From the sequence record PP400777: a stretch of 64,000 bases of DNA, one strand, 5' to 3'. The notes under the pieces were generated by a model. The model searched no databases, was not told the origin of the DNA, and saw only the letters and a list, made by a program, of their open reading frames with translations. Every line of letters begins with the position of its first letter. Within the stretch, counting starts at the first letter, position 1. The DNA is from Escherichia phage JM10. The translations under genes and the position numbers were made by a program. Positions 1 to 9,119 of the stretch are shown here, piece by piece.

Positions 1-44
1 GTAAGAACGCTTACTTTAGACGCGTCTACGTTAAAGGAATTTAA
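1..44 (+). CDS. 3' end of an upstream late structural gene (possibly major capsid protein gene 23), partial
   Basis: Frame 3 is open from the window edge to TAA at 42-44 and is followed by a GC hairpin; position upstream of segD/gene 24 matches T4. Frame 1 is also open, so frame and identity are uncertain. Confidence 0.25.
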   Translation, partial: KNAYFRRVYVKGI

Positions 45-73
45 TGCTTTAACGTTAAAATACATAACCTTAT

Positions 74-91
74 GGGAGACTCCGGTCTCCC
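74..91. terminator. GC-rich hairpin terminator (GGGAGAC-TCCG-GTCTCCC), likely bidirectional
   Basis: Perfect 7-bp inverted repeat with 4-nt loop between convergent genes, T-rich flank. Confidence 0.55.
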
Positions 92-101
92 ATTCTTGTT
101 T

Positions 102-761
102 CTATAGCTTAAAACAATCATCGCGTTCATTAATCCAATTTCTTATAGTTTTTGCGGATACGTTAAAGAATTCGGCAGCGTAATCGTAGTGGTTAAATTC
201 ATGGCCTTTAATAGAAATATCCACAAATACAAATTTCTTACCTTTATTAGAATTCTTTCTAATTTTTGCTTTATGCTCTTCTGATAGTTTTCTACCTTTA
301 AGATGAGAATCTCTATTTTTATAAAACTTTTTATTTGCTATAGATTTGTTTTCTCGATGTTCTTTAGATTCTTTAGAACCTAATTTCTTTTTAGATATTT
401 TGGCCCGAACTTCTTCAGTCATACCAGCTTTTGTCTTTTCGGATAACATCTCACGATACCCAGGTTCCTGTAAAGCTACTATAACAGGATTACCCTTGCC
501 GCCTAAGGCTGCATTATAAGTATCTGTTCTCATGACAAAAGCCTCGTCAACTAGTTCGGCTTCCTTAGCATACATCTCTTCAGATGTTTCGAAATTGAAA
601 AGGATTTCCTTTTTAAAATTCTCTAAGCCGTATTTCTTTATGGATTTTACTATGTTAACCCCGGAACCCATATAAGAATCGTTAACATCTGTAGTGGCAT
701 GGGCTCCAACATAAATCTTGTTATTAATGAGATTGGTTATTTTGTAAATTAAATAATTCAT
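102..761 (-). CDS. segD: GIY-YIG homing endonuclease, SegD-like
   Basis: 219-aa ORF; N-terminal YLIYKITNLINNKIYVGAHATTD matches the GIY-YIG module; lies between gene 23 end and gene 24 as segD does in T4. Confidence 0.6.
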   Translation of the reverse strand: MNYLIYKITNLINNKIYVGAHATTDVNDSYMGSGVNIVKSIKKYGLENFKKEILFNFETSEEMYAKEAELVDEAFVMRTDTYNAALGGKGNPVIVALQEPGYREMLSEKTKAGMTEEVRAKISKKKLGSKESKEHRENKSIANKKFYKNRDSHLKGRKLSEEHKAKIRKNSNKGKKFVFVDISIKGHEFNHYDYAAEFFNVSAKTIRNWINERDDCFKL

Positions 762-764
762 ATT

Positions 765-1031
765 TTATGCTGCTTTGACACGACGGTTGATGATATCACG
801 GAAGTCAATACGATTTTCTTGGATTTTCAGCCAGTTACCAGATTTGTCTTTGGTATGGGTAGAATATTCACCGTTCCACCAGAAGTCAGTTTCATAAGCC
901 AGGGCTTCGTATTTCTTAACCAATGCATTAACTGCATTACCGTTAGGATTGGTACCAAATTTTTCTACCAGAGCTTTGATGTCTTTGTCAAGGTTAGAAA
1001 GTGTGGTACGGATAAAGTTTAATTTGTTCAT
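765..1031 (-). CDS. hypothetical small protein co-transcribed with segD-like gene
   Basis: ORF track 765..1046; the second ATG (MNKLNF...) is preferred because AGGAGA lies 8 nt upstream of it, whereas the first ATG has no SD. Confidence 0.45.
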   Translation of the reverse strand: MNKLNFIRTTLSNLDKDIKALVEKFGTNPNGNAVNALVKKYEALAYETDFWWNGEYSTHTKDKSGNWLKIQENRIDFRDIINRRVKAA

Positions 1032-1060
1032 TTTTAATCTCCTCATGTTTTGATAGGTCT

Positions 1061-1090
1061 ATAGTAACACGACGCTTTTTGTGTGTAAAC
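1061..1090 (-). promoter_or_regulatory. T4-type early promoter (GTTTAC-N18-TACTAT) for the small ORF and segD-like gene
   Basis: Minus strand reads GTTTAC acacaaaaagcgtcgtgt TACTAT, about 30 nt upstream of the ATG. Confidence 0.55.
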
Positions 1091-1096
1091 CACTTT

Positions 1097-1104
1097 TATA
1101 AATA
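1097..1104 (+). promoter_or_regulatory. late promoter TATAAATA for gene 24
   Basis: Exact TATAAATA about 30 nt upstream of the gene 24 start. Confidence 0.65.
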
Positions 1105-1134
1105 AAATTATATTCTCAATAAGGAAAAAATGCA

Positions 1135-2418
1135 ATGAGTAAAATCCAAAAATTATTGCGTGAATCTACAACGTCTACTAGCAACTCAATTGGTCGCCCA
1201 AATCTCGTTGCTTTGACTCGCGCTACGACTAAATTAATATATTCTGACATTGTAGCAACACAAAGAACTAATCAACCTGTTGCTGCTTTTTATGGTATCA
1301 AATATCTTAACCCAGATAACGAATTCACATTTAAAACTGGTGCTACTTATGCTGGCGAAGTTGGATATGTAGACCGAGAAAAAATTACTGAGCTCACAGA
1401 AGAATCAAAAGTCACACTAAATAAAGGCGATTTTTTCAAATATAATAATATCGTCTATAAAGTGTTAGAAGATACACCATTTGCAGATATTCAAGAAAGT
1501 GATCTAGAATTAGCTCTTCAGATTGCAGTCGTTCATTTAAAGGTACGGTTATTTTCAGATGCAGCGGTAACAAGCAAATTTGAAAGCTCTGGTAGCGAAA
1601 TTTCTGATGCAAGATTCCAGATTAATAAATGGCAAACTTCAGTCAAATCTCGCAAACTTAAAACTGGTCTCACGGTTGAATTAGCGCAAGATTTGGAAGC
1701 GAATGGATTTGATGCCCCTAACTTCTTAGAGGATTTGCTTGCTACTGAAATGGCTGATGAAATTAATAAAGATATTCTTCAGTCTTTAATTACTGTATCG
1801 AAACGTTATAAAGTTACTGGAATTACTGACACCGGATTTATTGACTTGAGCTATGCATCCGCTCCAGAAGCAGGTCGTTCATTATATCGAATGGTGTGTG
1901 AAATGGTATCACACATTCAAAAAGAGTCAACTTATACTGCAACGTTTTGTGTAGCCTCAGCTCGTGCAGCTGCTATTCTTGCTGCTTCCGGTTGGTTAAA
2001 ACATAAGCCAGAAGATGACAAGTATCTTTCACAAAATGCTTATGGATTCTTGGCAAATGGATTACCTCTTTACTGCGATACCAACAGTCCATTAGATTAT
2101 GTTATTGTTGGTGTTGTAGAAAATATCGGCGAAAAAGAAATTGTAGGGTCCATCTTTTATGCTCCATACACTGAAGGAGTAGATTTAGATGACCCGGAAC
2201 ATGTCGGTGCTTTTAAAGTTGTAGTTGATCCAGAAAGCTTGCAACCGTCTATTGGTTTATTGGTTAGATACGCTTTATCAGCAAATCCTTACACAGTAGC
2301 AAAAGATGAAAAAGAAGCGAGAATAATTGATGGCGGGGACATGGATAAAATGGCGGGACGTTCAGACTTGTCTGTTTTACTCGGTGTTAAGCTACCAAAA
2401 ATTATTGTTGATGAATAA
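1135..2418 (+). CDS. 24: head vertex protein gp24
   Basis: 427 aa; near-identical to recalled T4 gp24 in sequence and length (...SIGRPNLVALTRATTKLIYSDIVATQRTNQPVAAFYGIKYLNPDNEF...). Confidence 0.93.
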   Translation: MSKIQKLLRESTTSTSNSIGRPNLVALTRATTKLIYSDIVATQRTNQPVAAFYGIKYLNPDNEFTFKTGATYAGEVGYVDREKITELTEESKVTLNKGDFFKYNNIVYKVLEDTPFADIQESDLELALQIAVVHLKVRLFSDAAVTSKFESSGSEISDARFQINKWQTSVKSRKLKTGLTVELAQDLEANGFDAPNFLEDLLATEMADEINKDILQSLITVSKRYKVTGITDTGFIDLSYASAPEAGRSLYRMVCEMVSHIQKESTYTATFCVASARAAAILAASGWLKHKPEDDKYLSQNAYGFLANGLPLYCDTNSPLDYVIVGVVENIGEKEIVGSIFYAPYTEGVDLDDPEHVGAFKVVVDPESLQPSIGLLVRYALSANPYTVAKDEKEARIIDGGDMDKMAGRSDLSVLLGVKLPKIIVDE

Positions 2419-2420
2419 AC

Positions 2421-2448
2421 GAAAAAGGGACCGTAAGGTCCCTTTTTC
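2421..2448. terminator. bidirectional hairpin terminator (GGGACC-GTAA-GGTCCC with A/T-run flanks)
   Basis: Inverted repeat flanked by AAAAA and TTTTT between convergent genes 24 and rnlB. Confidence 0.7.
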
Positions 2449-2449
2449 G

Positions 2450-3448
2450 TTATGATACTAATTCAATCCATGCAGGACGCAGAACATCTTGCACCATTCG
2501 GACTAATTCTTTCTTAACAAGATTCGGATTATCAGATGATGTTAATACAATACCTTCACGAGAAGTTTCTTCCAGAATATCTTGAACAGTCAATCCCATC
2601 ACTTTGCCAAAATCTTTTGGCGTTACAGCCCCAATCTTAGAAATAACATTATTAACACGATTTAATGTAACATAACAAGCTAGAACATCAAGCAAGTTTT
2701 TGTCAATTTCGGTTAATGGAACCTGAGTTTTAATAGGCTTATCAGACTTTTTCTTTTCACTGAATTTAGAGTTCTTGCACTTAATCGCTACACGAGTACC
2801 GTTTGGCAGCCATTTAGGGAAACAAGGCTTCAGAACATAACCTTCTGCAGTATTATCACCAATAACATTAGCATCAAATACACAATTATTTGCTTCTACA
2901 AGGTCTTCCGATGCCGTAGCGTTATAAGCGGCTAAGACGGAATCAAGGTCGTTTGGAATCATGATAAGAGCATCAAATGTTCCACGTCCAAGCATTGGTG
3001 CCATTTTAAAACCAAATTCATTACAGAAATCTTGCATTTCGTAATCGGTCAAATACGTATTATCACCACTTTCTGTATTGATAAGGATATCGAACACATA
3101 AAAATCTTTTTCACCGTAGTCAACACCTTTCTGGATTCCACCACCAGCGAATTCACCGAATACTTGATATGATACGGCTCGAGCTGTGTACATGAATTCC
3201 TGAACGGCTTTAATAGCTTTATCATACTTCTTGAGTACGATTTCATAACCATAAAAATCTTCTGCTGGAAGAATAGGGCCTGTGCGCTTGGCGCATGTGA
3301 CGTTGTCACATTCAATTATTAACGAGAAGTTGGTCCCATGAATTTTCTCACGTGCTACCCAAACACCAGTAGTCAAACCATTAGTGTAGAGTTTTTCAAT
3401 AAACTTAGAGTTGTAGTGGTTTTCAAGACTGCTGTATTTCTTAAACAT
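2450..3448 (-). CDS. rnlB: RNA ligase 2 (Rnl2)
   Basis: 332 aa; nucleotidyltransferase motif [10 protein letters not shown] (lysine adenylation site); close match to recalled T4 Rnl2. Confidence 0.9.
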   Translation of the reverse strand: MFKKYSSLENHYNSKFIEKLYTNGLTTGVWVAREKIHGTNFSLIIECDNVTCAKRTGPILPAEDFYGYEIVLKKYDKAIKAVQEFMYTARAVSYQVFGEFAGGGIQKGVDYGEKDFYVFDILINTESGDNTYLTDYEMQDFCNEFGFKMAPMLGRGTFDALIMIPNDLDSVLAAYNATASEDLVEANNCVFDANVIGDNTAEGYVLKPCFPKWLPNGTRVAIKCKNSKFSEKKKSDKPIKTQVPLTEIDKNLLDVLACYVTLNRVNNVISKIGAVTPKDFGKVMGLTVQDILEETSREGIVLTSSDNPNLVKKELVRMVQDVLRPAWIELVS

Positions 3449-3567
3449 AAATCACCATTATAAATAATAATATCAAAATAATTAGCAGAGACTCTGTCTC
3501 TGACCAGATGTTTAATTTGAATGGATAGAACCTAGATTCATTATACCATCAAAAAATGTAAAGCATA

Positions 3568-3819
3568 CTAGAACTTTATTTCTATCCAGTGCCCATCACG
3601 CTGGTCATGATTAATTTTATACTGAAAGCCATTATCACGTAACCACTGCCCGATTTGCTCGGTGATAGTTAAATCATTCTTTGACGGATAGTACGTGAAT
3701 TGTGTCTGGCCTTTGTCAGCGGCTTTCTCTGCCATCACAGAGAAGTTAGTAATAAAATCACTCAACAAATTAGCTTTAGTGGCCAGAGCCCTTTCTCTTA
3801 ATTCCTGTGCAAAACTCAT
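3568..3819 (-). CDS. hypothetical protein (T4 24.2 position)
   Basis: 83-aa ORF in a minus-strand operon; synteny only. Confidence 0.45.
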   Translation of the reverse strand: MSFAQELRERALATKANLLSDFITNFSVMAEKAADKGQTQFTYYPSKNDLTITEQIGQWLRDNGFQYKINHDQRDGHWIEIKF

Positions 3820-4016
3820 TTCTTCACCTTTTTGTTAATCAAACGTTTACGGTATACAACTTTTTCTTTTGCTTTAAACTTTGACCGAGCTGTCTCGGCT
3901 TTAGTCCATAGTAATCCAACTTCTTTAGGTTGTAAACCGATTTTTTGAGCAATTTCTACGAATGAAAATCCCGCCTCATGTAATGTATAAACTTCAACTT
4001 CAGCTCTCATAATCAA
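3816..4016 (-). CDS. hypothetical small HTH-like protein (T4 24.3 position)
   Basis: 66-aa ORF; GFSFVEIAQKIGLQPKEV resembles a helix-turn-helix; basic C-terminus. Confidence 0.45.
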   Translation of the reverse strand: MIMRAEVEVYTLHEAGFSFVEIAQKIGLQPKEVGLLWTKAETARSKFKAKEKVVYRKRLINKKVKK

Positions 4017-4090
4017 TCCCGTATTATTTGGTTTGTGCCATTATATACATCAATCTCACGTTGTGTTTTGTATGCTTTAAAAACGAAGAA

Positions 4091-4106
4091 AGGGGCCGAA
4101 GCCCCT
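4091..4106 (-). terminator. hairpin terminator downstream of hoc (AGGGGC-UUCG-GCCCCU then U-rich)
   Basis: Inverted repeat followed on the minus strand by UUCUUCGUUUUU. Confidence 0.6.
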
Positions 4107-4111
4107 TACGA

Positions 4112-5242
4112 TTATGGATATGTATAGATGATACCAGTTTCCAAAGCAGTTTTATGGATGATGTATCCATTACGTGATTCTTGAACATCAACTTCTGGAT
4201 AGTCTTTCATCATCTTCTGAAGAGTGTAACGATGCAGGTAGTATTTACTATCTGGATCTTCAGTTTTCCAATCTTTACCTTCTTCAGTCATTTTTTGGAT
4301 TTCATCCATAACCCACCAACCGCACCAGATGTAAGCTGAAGTACGATGTGGAAGAGGATGAACATAAGGTAATTCACCTTCTGGTTCTGGAGCAACTTTA
4401 TCAGTTACCTGAACTTGACCTTCTGCTGTAATAGTTTTGCTATCGTAATCAGTTGCAGTAATAGTTGCAGTAACTTCAATAGTTTGACTTCCAATAGACG
4501 AGGTATCAACGGTATATACATTAGTTGACCCTTCTACAGGAGAAGAATCTTTCTTCCATGAATACGCAATTTGCGCTTCTTCTGGAGCATCCGTAACATT
4601 AGCCGTAAATGTAGCCGAAGCATCTTGCTGAACGTTAATAGAAGGAGGAGTCAATGTAACCTGTGGATTCATTGTCTTCTTATTAACCGTTAATGATACT
4701 TCATTCGAAGTAACTTCCTTTGCATCATAATCTGTCGCAGTTACTTGGGCTACACATTTAATTCTTTTTACTCCACTTGTAGTTGGAGTATAGCTAAATG
4801 TAGAGTTAGTTTCTCCACCAACCTGTGAATCATCTACATACCACTGATACGTAGCAGACGCTCCAGCTGGTTGAGAAGCTAAGGCAGCAGTAAATTGAAC
4901 TGGGGTTCCAATTACTCCAGCTGAAGGACTATTGGGAGTTACTGCCAACGTAGTTGACTGAGTTTTATTTTTAACCGTGATAGTCGTAGTAATTTCTGCT
5001 GTTTCAGCATCAGTATCAGGAATAGTATTTGTTGCAACAACTTTAATTGTTTTTGTTCCAGCAGGTCCTTTTAACACATAATCAAAAGTTTCTGCCGATC
5101 CTACTTGAGGAGCATCGTCTACACTCCATGCATAGGTAATAGTTCCGCCTCCAGTTTCACCACTGGGAGTAGCAGTAAACTGCTTAGTCTCATCTATAAC
5201 TCCAGTAGGTGTTTTAGGAGTTATATCAATTGTAAAAGCCAT
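4112..5242 (-). CDS. hoc: highly immunogenic outer capsid protein Hoc (Ig-like domains)
   Basis: 376 aa; near-identical to recalled T4 Hoc; repeated Ig-like segments and conserved C-terminal capsid-binding region. Confidence 0.92.
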   Translation of the reverse strand: MAFTIDITPKTPTGVIDETKQFTATPSGETGGGTITYAWSVDDAPQVGSAETFDYVLKGPAGTKTIKVVATNTIPDTDAETAEITTTITVKNKTQSTTLAVTPNSPSAGVIGTPVQFTAALASQPAGASATYQWYVDDSQVGGETNSTFSYTPTTSGVKRIKCVAQVTATDYDAKEVTSNEVSLTVNKKTMNPQVTLTPPSINVQQDASATFTANVTDAPEEAQIAYSWKKDSSPVEGSTNVYTVDTSSIGSQTIEVTATITATDYDSKTITAEGQVQVTDKVAPEPEGELPYVHPLPHRTSAYIWCGWWVMDEIQKMTEEGKDWKTEDPDSKYYLHRYTLQKMMKDYPEVDVQESRNGYIIHKTALETGIIYTYP

Positions 5243-5251
5243 AAGTTATCC

Positions 5252-5920
5252 TTATTTTAATGTTACGAAAGAAGAATTACGAGTTTCACGAATTAGAACT
5301 GATCCATCGCGATTAATATAATAAATTAAGCTAAATAATGTTTGGTGAGCAGAAGCGTGCACAAAACTAGTTGGGTGAGATTTCCAATCTGGGGTTTCGG
5401 CTATCCATTGATAAATCCACCAAGGAACAGTAACATATCCTGGGGCTTTGCCTAATTTAATGAGTGTAGGACTAAAATTTTCAGGCAGAACAAAATTTAC
5501 TTCTTTATTTACTTCTGGCTCAGGCTCTTTTTCAGATTCAACAACCTGAGTAATTGCTTCTTCGAATTTATCATGGTCGAATTCTTTTTCTTGTTCGACA
5601 ACTTCTAATACTTCAACTTGTTCTGTTGGAGAATCAAACAACAGAATAGCTTCTTCTTTAACTTCTTCGTTGGTGAAATTAACACCGTCCACATCATCTG
5701 CGGCAGTAATTAAATCAGTAATAGATAATCCATCAGTTTCAGGTAATGGTTCATCAGCCAGTGCGTTAAGAGCTTCTTCGATATCAATAACAATATTATC
5801 GAACGATTTTGTTTTCTTAACACTAATGCCAAATTGTTCTGCATATTCAAACAGTTTAGCTTTAGCTTCCTTTTTATCAGAAAGAGCACGTAACTCTTCA
5901 ATATAGTCTTTATCGATCAT
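5252..5920 (-). CDS. inh: Inh-like protein (inhibitor of prohead protease), acidic
   Basis: 222 aa; position between hoc and uvsW as in T4; identity rests on synteny and size. Confidence 0.55.
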   Translation of the reverse strand: MIDKDYIEELRALSDKKEAKAKLFEYAEQFGISVKKTKSFDNIVIDIEEALNALADEPLPETDGLSITDLITAADDVDGVNFTNEEVKEEAILLFDSPTEQVEVLEVVEQEKEFDHDKFEEAITQVVESEKEPEPEVNKEVNFVLPENFSPTLIKLGKAPGYVTVPWWIYQWIAETPDWKSHPTSFVHASAHQTLFSLIYYINRDGSVLIRETRNSSFVTLK

Positions 5921-5933
5921 GGTATTTCCTCAT

Positions 5934-5941
5934 TATAAATA
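5934..5941 (+). promoter_or_regulatory. late promoter TATAAATA for uvsW
   Basis: Exact TATAAATA about 30 nt upstream of the uvsW ATG. Confidence 0.6.
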
Positions 5942-5970
5942 TAACTATATTTATTACATGGTAATTTGAC

Positions 5971-7485
5971 ATGACTGACATTAAAGTACATTTTTATGAT
6001 TTTAGTCACGTGCGCATTGAATGCGACGAAAGCGTGTTCTATGAATTACGCGACTTTTTTAGCTTTGAAGCCGATGGGTACAAATTCAACCCGCGTTACA
6101 AATATGGGAACTGGGATGGTAGAATTCGACTTTTAGATTACAATCGTTTGTTACCATATGGACTTGTAGGACAAATAAAAAAGTTCTGTAACAATATGAG
6201 TTATTCTGTATGGATTGACCCTAAAATCTTTGAAACCGAAGACCTTACCAGGGAAGATTTTGACGCGTGGCTTTCTAAACAAGAAATTTATTCAGGCAAC
6301 GCCAAAATCGAACCACATTGGTATCAAAAAGATGCCGTATATGAAGGTCTGGTTAATCGTCGTCGAATTTTAAACCTTCCGACATCAGCAGGTAAATCAC
6401 TAATCCAAGCACTTTTAGCTCGATATTATCTAGAGAACTATGAAGGTAAAATTCTCATTATCGTCCCTACAACAGCATTGACAACCCAGATGGCTAATGA
6501 TTTTGTTGATTATCGCTTGTTTAGTCATTCGATGATTAAGAAAATTGGCGGCGGTGCCGATAAAGCGGACAAATCTAAAAACGACGCTCCAATTATTGTT
6601 GGCACATGGCAAACGGTAGTTAAGCAGCCTAAAGAATGGTTCTCTCAGTTCGGTATGATGATGAACGATGAATGCCACTTAGCAACAGGCAAAAGTATTT
6701 CTTCAATCATCTCAGGATTAAATAATTGCATGTTTAAATTCGGTTTATCTGGCTCATTAAGAGACGGAAAAGCCAATGTAATGCAGTACGTAGGTATGTT
6801 CGGCGAAATCTTCCGTCCTGTTAGCACGTCTAAATTAATGGAAGATGGACAGGTAACTGAGCTTAAGATTAATAGTATTTTCCTTCGTTATCCAGACGAA
6901 TTCGCCACCAAATTAAAAGGTAAAACATACCAAGAAGAAGTTAAAATTATTACCGGACTAAAACGTCGTACAAAGTGGATTGCTCAACTTTCGGTCAAAT
7001 TGGCTAAGAAAGACGAGAACGCCTTTGTAATGTTTAAACACGTTACACACGGTAAAGAAATATTTGAAGCTATTAAAGAGCTTGGATACGAAAAAGTTTA
7101 TTACGTATCAGGCGAAGTTGATACTGAAACACGTAACGCGCTTAAAGTCATGGCAGAAAATGGTAAAGGCATTATTATTGTCGCATCATATGGAGTATTC
7201 TCTACTGGTATTTCAGTCAAGAATCTTCATCATGTTATTTTTGCCCATGGTGTTAAATCAAAAATTATCGTACTTCAAACCGTAGGTCGTGTGCTTCGCA
7301 AGCATGGTTCTAAATCTGTTGCTACAGTTTGGGATCTCATCGACGATGCAGGTGTAAAACCTAAATCATTAAATACTAAAAAGAAGTATACTCATCTTAA
7401 TTACTTGTTAAAACACGGTATTGATCGTATCCAACGTTACGCTGATGAGAAATTTAACTATGTAATGAAAACAATTAATTTATAA
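5971..7485 (+). CDS. uvsW: UvsW SF2 DNA/RNA helicase
   Basis: 504 aa; Walker A PTSAGKS, DECH box; near-identical to recalled T4 UvsW. Confidence 0.95.
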   Translation: MTDIKVHFYDFSHVRIECDESVFYELRDFFSFEADGYKFNPRYKYGNWDGRIRLLDYNRLLPYGLVGQIKKFCNNMSYSVWIDPKIFETEDLTREDFDAWLSKQEIYSGNAKIEPHWYQKDAVYEGLVNRRRILNLPTSAGKSLIQALLARYYLENYEGKILIIVPTTALTTQMANDFVDYRLFSHSMIKKIGGGADKADKSKNDAPIIVGTWQTVVKQPKEWFSQFGMMMNDECHLATGKSISSIISGLNNCMFKFGLSGSLRDGKANVMQYVGMFGEIFRPVSTSKLMEDGQVTELKINSIFLRYPDEFATKLKGKTYQEEVKIITGLKRRTKWIAQLSVKLAKKDENAFVMFKHVTHGKEIFEAIKELGYEKVYYVSGEVDTETRNALKVMAENGKGIIIVASYGVFSTGISVKNLHHVIFAHGVKSKIIVLQTVGRVLRKHGSKSVATVWDLIDDAGVKPKSLNTKKKYTHLNYLLKHGIDRIQRYADEKFNYVMKTINL

Positions 7486-7510
7486 GGGCTTCGGCCCTTA
7501 GGAGATAAAA

Positions 7511-7744
7511 ATGGTACTTGAATTTAAACAATTTTTATACGAAGCATCTATTGACGAATTCATGGGTAAAATTGCTAGTTGTCATACCCTAGAAGGGCTT
7601 GAAGAATTGGAAGCTTATTATAAGAAACGTATAAAAGAAACGGAATTAAAAGATACAGATGATATTTCTGTCAGGGATGCCTTAGCAGGTAAGCGTGCCG
7701 AACTTGAAGGCGACGATGATGAGGATGTGGAAGAAGACTTCTAA
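7511..7744 (+). CDS. uvsW.1: UvsW.1 small acidic protein
   Basis: 77-aa ORF immediately downstream of uvsW with SD GGAGA; synteny with T4. Confidence 0.65.
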   Translation: MVLEFKQFLYEASIDEFMGKIASCHTLEGLEELEAYYKKRIKETELKDTDDISVRDALAGKRAELEGDDDEDVEEDF

Positions 7745-7749
7745 TTAAA

Positions 7750-7782
7750 AAAAAGGCCCGACCTTTTTGGAAGGGCCAAAAA
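7750..7782. terminator. bidirectional terminator region with alternative hairpins
   Basis: AAAAAGG-cccga-CCTTTTT and TTTTTGG-aaggg-CCAAAAA overlapping hairpins between convergent uvsW.1 and uvsY.-2. Confidence 0.55.
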
Positions 7783-7803
7783 CCATAGGCAAAAAAGGTA
7801 ACA

Positions 7804-7971
7804 CTATAGTAAAAGTTGGGTTTCGTTCAATTGCTCTTCTGAACTTTCTGAAACCGGCAATTGTTGGACATAGTTATAACAAGGACCAGGATGTGCTGGA
7901 CCTTTGTCTGTTTCAACAACCAATGCAGAATCGATTGGAGTTTTACAGACAACACAAATCTTATCTGACAT
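7804..7971 (-). CDS. UvsY.-2-like small Cys-containing protein
   Basis: 55-aa minus-strand ORF (MSDKICVVCKTPIDSALVVETDKG...) with GGAGG SD; below the 60-aa cutoff of the ORF track; matches recalled T4 uvsY.-2. Confidence 0.6.
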   Translation of the reverse strand: MSDKICVVCKTPIDSALVVETDKGPAHPGPCYNYVQQLPVSESSEEQLNETQLLL

Positions 7972-7999
7972 GATTGCCTCCTAAGTTGAAATTACATAT

Positions 8000-8227
8000 C
8001 TATTTATACACTCTCATATGCATATCAATGCCCATATCTTTAGAATAAAAATATTCATCAAGATATCCGGCAAATTTTCCTTTAATATAAAGGACGTCTT
8101 CACCACACGGGTGGTCTGCCAGGATACGAATATCTTGACGACGTAGACGATACTTTTCCATTAAGAATTTAATTTCAGTTTCAAATTCTTCGTCATTATT
8201 AAAGGCATCTTCAATTGAATAACGCAT
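8000..8227 (-). CDS. UvsY.-1-like protein
   Basis: 75-aa ORF directly downstream of uvsY; synteny. Confidence 0.55.
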   Translation of the reverse strand: MRYSIEDAFNNDEEFETEIKFLMEKYRLRRQDIRILADHPCGEDVLYIKGKFAGYLDEYFYSKDMGIDMHMRVYK

Positions 8228-8640
8228 TATTGCCCCGCTTCAAATTCTCGCATATCTTGGATATGTTTAAGTGCAAAACTACGAGACTTAACTGCGTCAA
8301 GTGCACCACTACAGAACTCAAGTAAAATTCCCCAGTATTGTAAAGTAGTCTCTATTTTAAGCACATCTTTATCTGCAGCCAGGACAGTTTTCATTTCAGA
8401 TTTCTCGTATCGGTCCATACTGAATTCATCACCGTCACCTCGTCCCGAGTAGTAGTCTAATCTTGCTTTTAGAGCAGTTTTCTTCTGAGTCTCTATACGC
8501 AACATTTCTTTACGAATAAATGAGTGCTTACGTAGCCATTTGCTGTATAACTTAACATTATTCGCCGTCTCATATTGCAACTTTGTCGTATCAATAGCTA
8601 AGTCTGCGTCTAACTCTTCCTGTAAATCTTCCAGCTTCAT
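8227..8640 (-). CDS. uvsY: UvsY recombination mediator
   Basis: Internal start MKLEDLQEEL gives 137 aa matching recalled T4 UvsY; the ORF track N-terminal extension is probably untranslated. Confidence 0.9.
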   Translation of the reverse strand: MKLEDLQEELDADLAIDTTKLQYETANNVKLYSKWLRKHSFIRKEMLRIETQKKTALKARLDYYSGRGDGDEFSMDRYEKSEMKTVLAADKDVLKIETTLQYWGILLEFCSGALDAVKSRSFALKHIQDMREFEAGQ

Positions 8641-8695
8641 AATATTCTCTCTTTTAACTAATAATCTCCCGGCTGTATCGGAAGGACCTAAAACC

Positions 8696-8722
8696 ATTAT
8701 ACATATGTCGCCTTGAAGCATT
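8696..8722 (-). promoter_or_regulatory. middle (MotA-dependent) promoter for uvsY: MotA box AATGCTTCA, 12 nt, TATAAT
   Basis: Minus strand reads AATGCTTCA aggcgacatatg TATAAT; the MotA box overlaps the gene 25 stop codon. Confidence 0.6.
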
Positions 8723-9119
8723 ACACTCTATTGCTTGACGCTAACTGAAGTTTAATTTGTTCAATATCGTCAGGGTTATCTACGACCGAAAATCTAATCT
8801 CTACTATAACCGTATAGTCATCATATACTGGCGTTACACTTACAGAAAGTTTGTCGATGCGTGGCTCATAGTTACGGACAGCTGCCTGGATATTACGCTC
8901 AATCGTATCGGCTGTAAGTGGTGTCATGTTCTCGAAAAGTTCGTCGACCAAATCGCATCCAAATTCAGGGTCGAAGGGGCGCGAGCCTTTTCTAGTTGTC
9001 ACTATGCCAAGAAGACTATTTTTAATAGAACGAAGTCCTACAGAACGAGCAACGTCCTTGTTCCAATCCATACGCATTTCTGGGTCGATATCTGAATAAA
9101 GTTTATTGATATTAGACAT
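8721..9119 (-). CDS. 25: baseplate wedge protein gp25
   Basis: 132 aa; size, sequence recall and synteny. Confidence 0.88.
   Translation of the reverse strand: MSNINKLYSDIDPEMRMDWNKDVARSVGLRSIKNSLLGIVTTRKGSRPFDPEFGCDLVDELFENMTPLTADTIERNIQAAVRNYEPRIDKLSVSVTPVYDDYTVIVEIRFSVVDNPDDIEQIKLQLASSNRV

Noticed and set aside
819-1022. Plus-strand ORFs antisense to established genes (for example 819-1022, 5670-5906, 8757-9095, 9877-10276, 23106-23348, 24557-25003, 30525-31049, 37899-38225, 39996-40475, 61196-61492)
   Set aside because: They lie entirely inside well-supported genes on the opposite strand, lack SD sequences and promoters, and have low-complexity or atypical composition; treated as spurious antisense frames.
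765-1046. First ATG as start of the 93-aa ORF; likewise the first ATGs of the ORFs at 16077-16409, 29424-29987, 41789-42076 and 53625-54011
   Set aside because: In each case an internal ATG has a proper SD, agrees with the length of the T4 homologue and/or lies downstream of the mapped promoter, whereas the first ATG lacks an SD or lies upstream of the promoter.
7485-7498. AGGGC-TTCG-GCCCT hairpin after uvsW as an efficient terminator
   Set aside because: It is not followed by a U-tract and sits directly on the uvsW.1 ribosome-binding region; more likely a weak attenuator or translational modulator, so not listed as a terminator.
7767-7973. 68-aa plus-strand ORF between uvsW.1 and uvsY.-1
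   Set aside because: The same interval encodes on the minus strand a 55-aa protein with a GGAGG SD that matches recalled T4 uvsY.-2; the plus-strand ORF begins inside the terminator region.
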